A DNA stretch of 64,000 bases. It comes from Phyllobates terribilis. Lineage: Eukaryota. Shown here piece by piece: positions 53,641-64,000 of the stretch (position 1 is its first letter; each line of letters begins with the position of its first letter). The position numbers and the translations under genes are program-made. Below the pieces are notes generated by a model that had not been told where the DNA came from, did no database searches, and worked only from the letters and a program-made list of their open reading frames with translations. The stretch lies in NCBI RefSeq assembly GCF_046119375.1, contig NW_027363790.1, positions 310,001 through 374,000 on the forward strand, read 5' to 3'.

Positions 53641-54170
53641 TACTGGAGGAGAGATGTGTAGCACTGAGATTGTTAGCTCCAGTAATTAAACATAGGAAAA
53701 AGGTTCCAGCACACGAGGGGGTAAATCAGCCATCTTTAGTGCTAGAATGATTGAACACCTGTAGAGAGGGAGGAGGTCATAGGATAAACTTCACAGCCTT
53801 TAGAGTATTTGTGGGGTGGGCCTGGAGGTAACAGCCGCACTGTTCCTGTGTCTGCCTCTTTAAGAAGCTGAGTGAGTCGATCACAATATGCTGACATTTG
53901 GCTTTGTAGTTTACAGATCTGGGCAGGTAATGGTCAAAGTCTCCTAATGACAGTGGGTAGGTGGATCCTCCAGGTTGTAAGTTCTATAGAAAAGGGCTTT
54001 TAATGCCCAAAGTCATTTGGACAGTTTTGGGTGGAGGAGAATGTTGTGGTCTAGAGGGAAATGGTGATCACACGATTGTGATACGGCCGGTCTACACCAC
54101 CGATAAAGCAGCCACAGCTGGTGACTGAGAAGAATCTGTGACTTCTCGGCATTTAATGGTCACTACTCAC

Positions 54171-54261
54171 CTGGGTGGTCATATGTAGGAATCTCCTCTT
54201 TACACCACTCATCACCCCTCATATATGTCTCTGTAGTATTAATATGGGTCAGATCTTCACC
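54171..54261 (-). CDS. ZNF coding exon 5 (GEDLTHINTTETY..IPTYDHP)
   Basis: CAG/GTGAGT boundaries, 91 bp, phase 0 to 1. Confidence 0.88.
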
Positions 54262-54457
54262 CTGAAACAAATATTGTAAAAGTCAGACAGATGGAGAGGT
54301 CACATCTATGATCAGCTCTAATCCTGCCATCTCCACCGTCCTCATTACACAAATAGACAACATATAATACTGGTGGATAAAACAAAACTGATAACAAGAC
54401 CTTCACAGCCGTCTACACATCATAGGGGAGATCTCATGACACCTTCTCTCCATCTAC

Positions 54458-54555
54458 CTGATGATCCTGAGGAACATTTGGGTCTTCTTGTTTACAGTCC
54501 TGTGGAAGAAGAGGACGGGGACATCTCTCTGGTGTTGTCCTCTTGCTGGACAGAT
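54458..54555 (-). CDS. ZNF coding exon 4 (DLSSKRTTPERCPRP..PQDHQ)
   Basis: CAG/GTAGAT boundaries, 98 bp, phase 1 to 0. Confidence 0.88.
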
Positions 54556-54638
54556 CTGGAAGAAACACATACAGGGACTGAATTCATTCTTCACATACAG
54601 ATAATTATAGGCCGTGTGTATTTAGTCCTGTCTATTAC

Positions 54639-54762
54639 CTGGTGATGTGAGGGGCTGGGGAACCTCCATCATGACGTCCTTATACAGATATTTGCGTCCT
54701 TCTAAATACTCCCACTCTTCCATGGACAAATAGACAGTGACATCCTGACACCTTATAGGAAC
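54639..54762 (-). CDS. ZNF coding exon 3, KRAB-A box
   Basis: [33 protein letters not shown]; CAG/GTAATA, 124 bp, phase 0 to 1. Confidence 0.92.
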
Positions 54763-54845
54763 CTGACACATACAATGATACCGTCACCCCCCCGATCCCT
54801 TCATAGTGTTACTGTATAATGTTCCAGCATTCCCAGCAGTGTCAC

Positions 54846-55025
54846 CTCTCCAGTCAGCAGCTCAATCATCTTGTAGGTGAGTTCTAGGATCTTCTGGTCA
54901 TTGATGTCCTCATGTATCAGGGGATGAGGTGGAGGCCTTGTGATTGGGCTCAGGGGTCTTTCCCATCCCTCAGACACAGGGTCCTGACAGCGCTCACTAG
55001 AGGTCTTCTTCACTACTGAGTAATC
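54846..55025 (-). CDS. ZNF coding exon 2 (DYSVVKK..KILELTYKMIELLTGE)
   Basis: CAG/GTGACA boundaries, 180 bp, phase 0 to 0. Confidence 0.88.
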
Positions 55026-55154
55026 CTGGTTATGAAGAGACACATTAATAAATCTCACTACAGACATTTCCAGTGTCCTCACCTCTCCAGTTCTGTCCAT
55101 CTGTTATTCCCATAGATAAGAATGATGTAATGAGACGTCATCAGAATCTCTCAC

Positions 55155-55232
55155 CTCTCCAGTAAGCCGGAAGAGGATCTCCAGGGTGAGGTGTAATATC
55201 CTCTCAGCCATCTTGTGTCTGTCCGTATCCAT
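55155..55232 (-). CDS. ZNF coding exon 1 (MDTDRHKMAERILHLTLEILFRLTGE); exon acceptor at 55304
   Basis: ATG at 55232, GTGAGA donor; frame is also open for 24 codons upstream to the acceptor, so the true start is uncertain. Confidence 0.8.
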
Positions 55233-56280
55233 CTTTGATGGGTAAATCAGGAAAATTCTCTTATATAGAAGATCTTCACTGAGAGGATCTGATATTGTAG
55301 AGACCTGAATGAGAAGATGATGAGCCGATGTAACATCATAAAAATCCTGTGAAATAATACAATTACTGGAGATAATAAGGGAAACATATCAGGAGATAGA
55401 AGGTGTAGATGTTGTATTCTCTAGTCTTATATGGACATCTCCTCCATACTCCCAATCACTGGCTGTGTTACTCACTGCGTCAGCAGCTGATTGGCTGTAA
55501 TAATCACAAGTTCGTTGGGGCTGACCAGGAAATACAGAGATTGGCGGGGACCCTAACAGCAATGATATTTTTATTATTTTACAACATTCAGTTATTTTCA
55601 TTGACTTCTACTAATAAAACCTATATATTTTAGGCCACAGACAACAAGCAGTTTCTTCCCCGGAGTCTGCAGCTGAATACGTTTCTCATAGACTCATCTT
55701 CCATAACGCTAATTCTCATCTCATTTACCTACACTGGAATTATATTATACTGTGTGTGGGGGGGATGGCGGTACTGTGGGAACATTACACTGTGTGGGGG
55801 CATCATATATACTGCATAAGAGCAAACAAAAAAAACGAAGAAAGATGATCTAGCGGCCGTATTGTAAAACTACAATAATCCTTATTAGTATCAATAATCA
55901 ATCACAGGGCATGGAAGTGAACAGGGCACAGTGCAAATGGCTATGCACAAAGACGCGCAGCAGGGAAGATACATAGTAAGAGCAATAAGTTAAAGCGGAT
56001 AATTTATATATATGTGTACACCCCCTACATATCCAGGAATCAATACATATAAGAATGAACAAGTATAAATCTGTCTTAGTATGATATGTCACTCTTTAGG
56101 GTAGTGTGGAACCACTTCAGTATGTGCAAGGCTATATGTACCCACATACTGGCCAATCATTATAGGGTAAATTGATTGTAAGGCAAATTGATATTGCAAT
56201 TTACCCTATAATGATCACCACAGGTAGTCTCACATGCAAACCCAGGGGATGGGTTCCACCTGAGAAAATATCTCCACTAA

Positions 56281-56524
56281 AGGCCCCGTCACACTAGGCG
56301 ACGCTGCAACGATCCCGACAACGATACGACCTGTCAGGGATCGTTGCTGCGTCGCTATGTGGTCGCTGGTGAGCTATCAAACAGGCAGGCTCACCAATGA
56401 TCAGGGGAGCAGCGACATCGTGGAAAGAATCTTTCCACGATGTCCTGCTCCTGGTTACCAGCCTGCTGAAGCAGGAACAGGCTGGTAACTATGGTAAACA
56501 TCGGGTTACTAGGGGCACACGCGC
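56281..56524. mobile_element. Truncated copy of the 20176 Harbinger MITE
   Basis: TAA-AGGCCCCGTCACAC start, near-identical to 20176-20420. Confidence 0.88.
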
Positions 56525-56734
56525 ACAATACGTTTCCTTCCTTCCTGTCTCCATAGTTGGGTCGTATGTATCTATTACAGGAAACAGAACAAAAACCTTA
56601 TGATTCTTATAAAGGGGCAACACAAGACCCCAAAAGAGTCTCGGTGCTGAAGGGGTTACTGCCCCCCGCGCCCAGTAATGGGGTCTCCACATACCTCCAC
56701 CTGCAGAGCCGCCACCACATATATGGCTGCTCTG
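56525..56734. repeat. 210-bp direct repeat, copy 1
   Basis: Apparently identical to 58771-58980. Confidence 0.95.
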
Positions 56735-58745
56735 GTGGTGGCATCATACATACAGCATAAGGGGCATAATGGGGGCATTACAATGCGTGGGGATATCATA
56801 CATACTGCATAAGGGGCATAATGGGGACATTACACTGTGTGGGGACATCATACATACTGCATAAGGGGCATAATGGGGACATTACACTGTGTGGGGGCAT
56901 CATACATACTGCATAAGGGGCATAATGGGGGCATCACACTGTGTGGGGGCATCATACATACTGCATAAGGGGCATAATGGGGGCATTACACTGCGTGGGG
57001 ATATCATACATACTGCATAAGGGGCATAATGGGGACATTACACTGTGTGAGGGCATCATACATAATGCATAAGGGGCATAATGGGGTCATTACACTGCGT
57101 GGGGACATCATACATACTGCATAAGGGGCATAATTGGGCATTACACTGTGTGGGGGCATCATACATACTGCATAAGGGGCATAATGGGGGCATCACACTG
57201 TGTGGGGGCATCATACATACTGCATAAGGGGCATAATGGGGGCATTACACTGTGTGGGGGCATCATACCTACTGTATAAGGGGCATAATGGGGGCATTAC
57301 AGTGTGTGGGGGCATCATACATCCTGTATAAGGGGCATTACACTGTGTGGGGGACTCATACATACTGTATAAGGGGCATAATGGGGGCATTACACTGTGG
57401 GGGCATCATACATCCTGTATAAGGGGCATAATGAGGGCATTACACTGTGTGGGGGACTCATACATACTGTATAAGGGGCATCATGGGGGCATTACACTGT
57501 GTGGGGCATCATATATCCTGTATAAGGGGCATAATGGGGGCATCATACATCCTGCATAAGGGGCATAATGGGGGCATTACACTGTGTGGGGGCATCATAC
57601 ATCCTGCATAACGGGCATAATGGGGGCATTACACTGTGTGGGGGCATCATACATCCTGCATAAGGGGCATCACACTGTGTGGGGGCATCATACATACTGC
57701 ACAAGGGGCATAATGGGGGCATTACACTGTGTGGTGGCATCATACATCCTGCATAAGGGGCATAATGGGGGCATTACACTGTGTGGTGGCATCATACATT
57801 CTGCATAAGGGGCATAATGGGGGCATTACACTGTGTGGGGGCATCATACATACTGCATAAGGGGCATAATGGGGACATCACACTGTGTGGGGGCATCATA
57901 CATCCTGCATAAGGGGCATCACACTGTGTGGGGGCATCATACATACTGCACAAGGGGCATAATGGGGGCATTACACTGTGTGGTGGCATCATACATCCTG
58001 CATAAGGGGCATAATGGGGGCATTACACTGTGTGGTGGCATCATACATTCTGCATAAGGGGCATAATGGGGGCATTACACTGTGTGGGGGCATCATACAT
58101 ACTGCATAAGGGGCATAATGGGGACATCACACTGTGTGGGGGGCATCATAAATCCTGCATAAGGGGCATAATGGGGGCATCACACATCCTGCATAAGGGG
58201 CATAATGGGGGCATTACACTGTGTGGGGGCATCATACATACTACATAAAGAGCATAATGGGGGCATTACACTGTGTGGGGGCATCATACATCCTGCATAA
58301 GGGGCATAATGGGGGCATCACACTGTGTGGGTGGCATCATAGATCCTGCATAAGGGGCATAATGGGGGCATTACACTGTGTGCGGGCATCATACATCCTG
58401 CATAAGGGGCATAATGGGGGCATTACACTGTGGGGGGCATCATACATCCTGCATAAGGGGCATAATGGGGGCATTACACTGTGTGCGGGCATCATACATC
58501 CTGCATAAGGGGCATAATAGGGGCATTACACTGTGTGCGGGTATCATACATCCTGCATAAGGGGCATAATGGGGGCATTACACTGTGGGGGGCATCATAC
58601 ATCCTGCATAAGGGGCATAATGGGGGCATTACACTGTGTGGGGCATCATACATCCTGCATAAGGGGCATAATGGGGGCATTACACTGTGTGGGGGCATCA
58701 TACATCCTGCATAAGGGGCATAATGGGGGCATAACACTGTGGGGC
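56735..58745. repeat. ~52-bp minisatellite (GGCATTACACTGTGTGGGGGCATCATACATACTGCATAAGGGGCATAATGGG)
   Basis: Directly visible, ~38 variant units; a lone monomer at ~55780-55820. Confidence 0.96.
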
Positions 58746-58770
58746 AGTAAAGGGGTCCTGTACTATGAGA

Positions 58771-58980
58771 ACAATACGTTTCCTTCCTTCCTGTCTCCAT
58801 AGTTGGGTCGTATGTATCTATTACAGGAAACAGAACAAAAACCTTATGATTCTTATAAAGGGGCAACACAAGACCCCAAAAGAGTCTCGGTGCTGAAGGG
58901 GTTACTGCCCCCCGCGCCCAGTAATGGGGTCTCCACATACCTCCACCTGCAGAGCCGCCACCACATATATGGCTGCTCTG
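58771..58980. repeat. 210-bp direct repeat, copy 2
   Basis: Apparently identical to 56525-56734. Confidence 0.95.
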
Positions 58981-59040
58981 TGCGCACAGGAGCTGTGATG
59001 AGGTCACAGGAGGGGAGGAGTCAGGGGTCACATGATCAGG
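58941..59040 (-). promoter_or_regulatory. Candidate non-coding first exon and promoter of the ZNF gene
   Basis: GGAG|GTATGT donor at 58940-58939, TGACCTCA at 58999-59006, adjacent to a CpG-rich array; TSS not determinable. Confidence 0.5.
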
Positions 59041-59139
59041 GGCCTCAGTGGATGCGGGACTCTGCTGTGCTGGTTGTCATGGTGCTGGATGAGCTGAAGG
59101 TTTTGTGTGGGGTCAGGAGGGGTTTACAGTGTGGATGTA

Positions 59140-60175
59140 GCAGAGCCGTGTGTGTACGAGGTGTACGGAGCGGAGCCGCGTGTGTACGAGGTGTACGGAG
59201 CGGAGCCGCGCGTGTACGAGGTGTACGGAGCAGAGCCGTGTGTACGAGGTGTACGGAGCGGAGCCGCGTGTGTACGAGGTGTACGGAGCGGAGCCGCGCG
59301 TGTACGAGGTGTACGGAGCGGAGCCGCGCGTGTACGAGGTGTACGGAGCAGAGCCGTGTGTGTACGAGGTGTACGGAGCAGAGCCGCGTGTGTACGAGGT
59401 GTACGGAGCGGAGCCGCGCGTGTACGAGGTGTACGGAGCGGAGCCGCGCGTGTACGAGGTGTACGGAGCAGAGCCGTGTGTACGAGGTGTACGGAGCGGA
59501 GCCGCGTGTGTACGAGGTGTACGGAGCGGAGCCGCGCGTGTACGAGGTGTACGGAGCGGAGCCGCGCGTGTACGAGGTGTACGGAGCAGAGCCGTGTGTA
59601 CGAGGTGTACGGAGCGGAGCCGCGTGTGTACGAGGTGTACGGAGCAGAGCCGCGTGTGTACGAGGTGTACGGAGCGGAGCCGCGCGTGTACGAGGTGTAC
59701 GGGGCGGAGCCGCGCGTGTACGAGGTGTACGGGGCGGAGCCGCGCGTGTACGAGGTGTACGGGGCGGAGCCGCGCGTGTACGAGGTGTACGGAGCGGAGC
59801 CGCGCGTGTACGAGGTGTACGGAGCGGAGCCGCGCGTGTACGAGGTGTACGGAGCGGAGCCGCGCGTGTACGAGGTGTACGGAGCGGAGCCGCGCGTGTA
59901 CGAGGTGTACGGGGCGGAGCCGCGCGTGTACGAGGTGTACGGGGCGGAGCCGCGCGTGTACGAGGTGTACGGGGCGGAGCCGCGTGTGTACGAGGTGTAC
60001 GGAGCGGAGCCGCGTGTGTAAGAGGTGTACGGAGCGGAGCAGCGTGTGTAAGAGGTGTACGGAGCGGAGCCGCGTGTGTACGAGGCGTACGGAGCGGAGC
60101 CGGGCGTGTGCGAGGCGTGCGGAGCGGAGCCAGGCGTGCGGAGCGGAGCCGGGCGTGTACGAGGTGTACGGGGCG
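59140..60175. repeat. CpG-dense 30-bp minisatellite (GGAGCGGAGCCGCGCGTGTACGAGGTGTAC), ~35 units
   Basis: Directly visible, 28- and 30-bp variants. Confidence 0.97.
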
Positions 60176-60214
60176 GATGCTGCCCCTCTCCAGGAGCGAT
60201 CACAGCAGCACGGC

Positions 60215-60319
60215 ATGAGACGTTCTTGTACTACACAGACTGTCCTGACAGAACACAGCTCGTCAGGACATAGCCCCGACCTCCAGCGACAGCCGGACAG
60301 TCCCATTGGATCGGGGACG
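60215..60319 (+). CDS. Tentative first coding exon of an unrecognised plus-strand gene
   Basis: ATG with G at -3, 35 codons, weak ACG|GTTGGG donor in phase 0, compatible with the exon at 61691. Confidence 0.3.
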
Positions 60320-60737
60320 GTTGGGGGGTTTCTGTATATAAGTTTTGTGTGATAATTGTAGAATTATTAATGTCTTAGCATAAAAGGATGGACCTGAGTG
60401 TTTGTGCCGGCGTCCACATGCATGGAGGGGGTTGAGGCGGTGCTGGCTGTATTATGCAGACGGCATGTGCCTGTAACAGTAGTAACCAGAAACTACTAGA
60501 AACTCTGCACCAAAATGAAGCAAATCCTTATTCTGGGACCTTCGCCTTGTACGTAACACCCCCGGATCCGGTACAAGCAGATGTTCTCATTCATGTCATT
60601 TTCTGCTGAAGGTTCTGCGTTTTTCTGGCCAACTATAAAAGAGAAAAAGCGTAAAACAATATTTGTTTCTGCTGCATTGACATAAGTACAATCTTTCATC
60701 ATATATAAATCTATTACACGTCGGGTCAATGCTGTAA

Positions 60738-61114
60738 GGCTGTGTGCCCACGTAGCGTTTTTCAAGCGTTTTTGATGCGGAATTTCCGCAGCGGAAACGC
60801 TTGTAAAACGCTTGGTAACCCGCACCCCATGGTCCCCAATGGGATTCCGCAAGTTCTATGCACATGCTGCGGATTTTTCCGCAGCGTTTATGCTGCGTTC
60901 AAAAATCCGCAGCATGTCAATTAATTTTGCGTTTCCGCAAGCAGAATTGCCTTTGTCCAATGCATAAAAAACGCAAGGCAATTTCGCATGTGGAAAACGC
61001 GTGATAAACGCGCGATAAACGCGTGCGGAATTCCGCATGCGTTTTTCCGGGAGAGGACTTGCAGAAATGAAGCAGAAATTTTCTGCTTCATTTATGCAAC
61101 GTGGGCACATAGCC
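60738..61114. mobile_element. PIF/Harbinger-type MITE (short version)
   Basis: TAA TSD both sides; TIR GGCT(G/A)TGTGCCCACG. Confidence 0.92.
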
Positions 61115-61690
61115 TAAAGGACAGTAAAGTGCCATGGTTGTGGTTGTGGTATTTGGGTCACTCTACTTCCCTCCCAAAAATGTAATCAGAAACTTGTAAC
61201 TACTGATCTTTCCACAAGAAAAAGCCGACAACTCCCATCAATGGGATCATTTTATAAAATTAGGTCTTCGCAAGATGAAAATGGTCTCACAAACCACATT
61301 TTTTTTTAAATGTTCATAAAAAAAAAAAAAAAACAAAAAATAATAACCTTACTTTGATTTTTTCCCCATTTTTCAATACTTTATGTGCTAAATTGAATGT
61401 TGTCATTCCAAACAACAACTAGTCCCACAAAACACAAGCCCCCCGTCTATGTGAATGAAAAAACAAAGTTATATTTTTTGGGAAAAAGGGGAAGAAAAAA
61501 ACAAAAAATTGGTCTTGTCAGAATAATGTAATTGCTATATATATATTTTTTTAAAATTGAATAATTTTACCCCAAAATTGTGATCTGTTATAATATTATG
61601 ATTATTCATGCGAGATTAATCATTAGTCTGTAGATAAATCCAAACATCTGGAAGATGTAGAACAATATATCTGTGATTCTCTTCTGCCAG

Positions 61691-61833
61691 GATAAGCGCG
61701 TCCTTTCTGTCCTTTCTGTGATGGAGAAAACTCTTGAAAGATTCAGAAAGTCCGATGAGCTTTTGGAGCTTATTGTAAAGGGTCTTAATGACGACCTGGG
61801 AAAGAAACCACCAGAAACAAAGGATCCAACCAG
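61691..61833 (+). CDS. Candidate internal coding exon, product unknown (DKRVLSVLSVMEKTLERFRKSDELLELIVKGLNDDLGKKPPETKDPT)
   Basis: TGATTCTCTTCTGCCAG acceptor, CAG|GTAAGT consensus donor, 143 bp, only the phase-0 frame is open. Confidence 0.55.
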
Positions 61834-62681
61834 GTAAGTTCTAATGATCCCGTCTGATAAAATGATCAGCTTTATTTCCATGGGATTGTTCTGTAGAAGA
61901 GATGGGACCTGCAGCATTTTGATCCTGAACTTCACTATGTATAGATGTAGCAAAGCTTAATGTGACAATTCACACACCGCATTGATACATTGTCTCAGAA
62001 GGTTAGCTCTCATAACAGAATTAACATCACTTATAGTGGAACTAAACTTACAATTTATTTTCAGAATTGTGAAAATTCTGGCACTTTGCAAAGCACTTCA
62101 TTAGTTTCTTTGGCGTCATATCCATAAAATGATCATATTAAAGTGGCCTCCAGACCCTGCTTTTCCCCAGTGCAGGAGCGTTGCTGGGGTCCTAAGAGAT
62201 CAGGAACCCCAGCCCCAAAGTACATGTTTCCCCATATAACCTCCCTGCCACTTAAAAGAGGATTTATACATATATAATTACAGTATACCACTGCTACTAA
62301 TCTAAAATACACTATACAAAGACCAATATTCCCAAAATTACTACTATACAAGGCCAAAATGATCCTGCTACACAATGTCCTCTACCATCACCACCACACA
62401 GTGAGTCCATATATGAAAGAAAACCCCGCAGGGTAAAAGACCATCAAAGGAGTCCAGGGAGTATAAAATCTATCATATTTATTCAGCAATAGAAAAATAG
62501 GATGATGGGGGAAGGGACACAACACATATGTGATTGTTAGACATGTAAGCGAAAAAAGCCAGCCACGCAAGGAAGGGGCCATTCCAGGTATAATGGCTGT
62601 CTATAGTATCATCATGGGTGTACTAAAATATCCCAAAATAGACACCGCATATATTCCACTGGGGGCAACAGTCATCATATG

Positions 62682-62950
62682 CAGGTGCATCTCACTAAAT
62701 TAGAATATCATCAAAAAGTTAATTTCAGTTCTTCAATACAAAAAGTGAACCTCCTATATTATATAGAGTCATTACAAACTGAGAGATCTATTTCTAGTGT
62801 TTATTTCTGTTAATGTTGATGACTATGGCTTACAGCCAAAGAAAACACAAAAGTCATTATCTCAGAAAATTAGAATGATTAACAAAAAACATCTGCAACG
62901 GCTTCTAAGTGTTTAAAAATGTCCCATAGTCTATTTCAGTAGGCTCCACA
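62682..62950 (+). mobile_element. Tc1 5' terminal fragment (same family as 29701-31173)
   Basis: CAGGTGCATCTCACTAAATTAGAATATCATC matches the reverse complement of ~30900-31173. Confidence 0.85.
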
Positions 62951-62952
62951 AT

Positions 62953-63277
62953 AACATAGTAACATAGTTTTTAAGGTTGAAGGAAGACTAAGTCCATCTA
63001 GTTCAACCCATAGCCTAACATGTTGATCCAGAGGAAGGCAAAAAACCCCATGTGGCAAACACTAAGCTCCACATTGGGGAAAAAAATTCCTTCCCGACTC
63101 CATACGACAATCAGACTAGTTCCCTGGATCAACGCCCTATCAAGGAATCTACTATTTATAACCTGTAATATTATACTTTTCAGGAAAGGCATCCATGCCC
63201 TTCTTAAATTTTAATAGTGAATCACTCATTACAACATCATGCGGCAGAGAGTTACATAGTCTCACTGCTCTTACAGT
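62953..63277 (-). mobile_element. CR1 3' end fragment (same family as 21064-22587)
   Basis: (AACATAGT)2 tail and near identity to the reverse complement of ~22260-22587. Confidence 0.92.
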
Positions 63278-64000
63278 CAGGGCCGGCGTCAGTACCCGGG
63301 CAAGTGCCGGGGCCCTGGAAAATCAGAGGGGCCCAGCCGCCCACTCACTGTTGGGGCCCGGCCCACACACCCGCCCGCCCACTCACTCACTGTCGGGGCC
63401 GGGCTCACACACCCACCCGCCCACTCACTGTCGGGGCCGGGCCCACACACCCACCCGCCCACTCACTGTCGGGGCCGGGCCCACACACCCACCCGCCCAC
63501 TCACTGTCGGGGCCGGGCCCACACACCCACCCGCCCACTCACTGTCGGGGCCGGGCCCACCCGCCCACTCACTGTCGGGGCCGGGCCCACACACCCACCC
63601 GCCCACTCACTGTCGGGGCCGGGCCCACACACCCACCCGCCCACTCATTGTCGGGGCCATGGCCGCATCTTCGGCACCTGTTCAGTGACGCAGGCGCTGC
63701 TTGATTGCCGGCACTCCCCCAGTCCCAGAAATGGCCGCGCGCTGTCAGGCTGTGTCTGCTAGTAATGACACGGCAGGGTCGACGGCACTGCACCTTTAAT
63801 TTTGCTTGTGTGTCGCCCCTGCCGCGTCATTACTAGCAGACACAGTCGCACAGCGCGCAGCCATGTCTGGGGGAGTGCCATCAAACACCGTCAGAGCGGA
63901 GGTCCTGCACAGATGGGGGGGGAGCGGCCCGGACCCGACCGCAAGTGGGCCCCTCTGATGGTCCAGGGGGCCCTGCACTGCCCCATACCTGAGGAGCTGC
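63278..64000. mobile_element. Probable hAT-type MITE inserted in CR1, other end beyond the window
   Basis: CAGGGCCGGC terminus at the abrupt CR1 break; TSD cannot be confirmed. Confidence 0.5.
63335..63655. repeat. 38-bp GC-rich minisatellite, ~8 units
   Basis: TCGGGGCCGGGCCCACACACCCACCCGCCCACTCACTG repeated. Confidence 0.95.

Noticed and set aside
58803-60352. 300-470 aa ORFs on both strands
   Set aside because: Translations of the 30-bp minisatellite, open in most frames
63195-63762. Pro/His-rich ORFs
   Set aside because: Derived from the 38-bp array and CR1 tail

Overview
Eukaryotic (vertebrate, most likely frog/anuran) genomic DNA, mostly nested transposable elements and minisatellites. 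One host gene can be fully reconstructed: a minus-strand KRAB-A/C2H2 zinc-finger gene with 6 coding exons (55232-55155, 55025-54846, 54762-54639, 54555-54458, 54261-54171, 42074-40636). All junctions are GT-AG and in phase, giving 669 aa with 13 intact fingers and a decayed finger tail. Mobile elements include a complete but frameshifted Ty3/gypsy chromovirus (7192-12155, TSD ACCAC) with an apparently tRNA-independent self-priming PBS, a related solo LTR, and a second LTR element with a tRNA-Leu PBS. There are also several Tc1/mariner, hAT, piggyBac-like, PIF/Harbinger and Kolobok/T2-type elements, CR1 LINEs, an L1 ORF1 relic and a Penelope-like relic. Notable extras: two hammerhead-ribozyme-like motifs, a candidate unrecognised plus-strand gene head-to-head with the ZNF gene across a CpG-dense 30-bp array, and an orphan copy of the ZNF first-exon/promoter module next to two CTCF-like sites. 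All analysis was by eye; coordinates without a TSD/TIR anchor are approximate and no database search was run.
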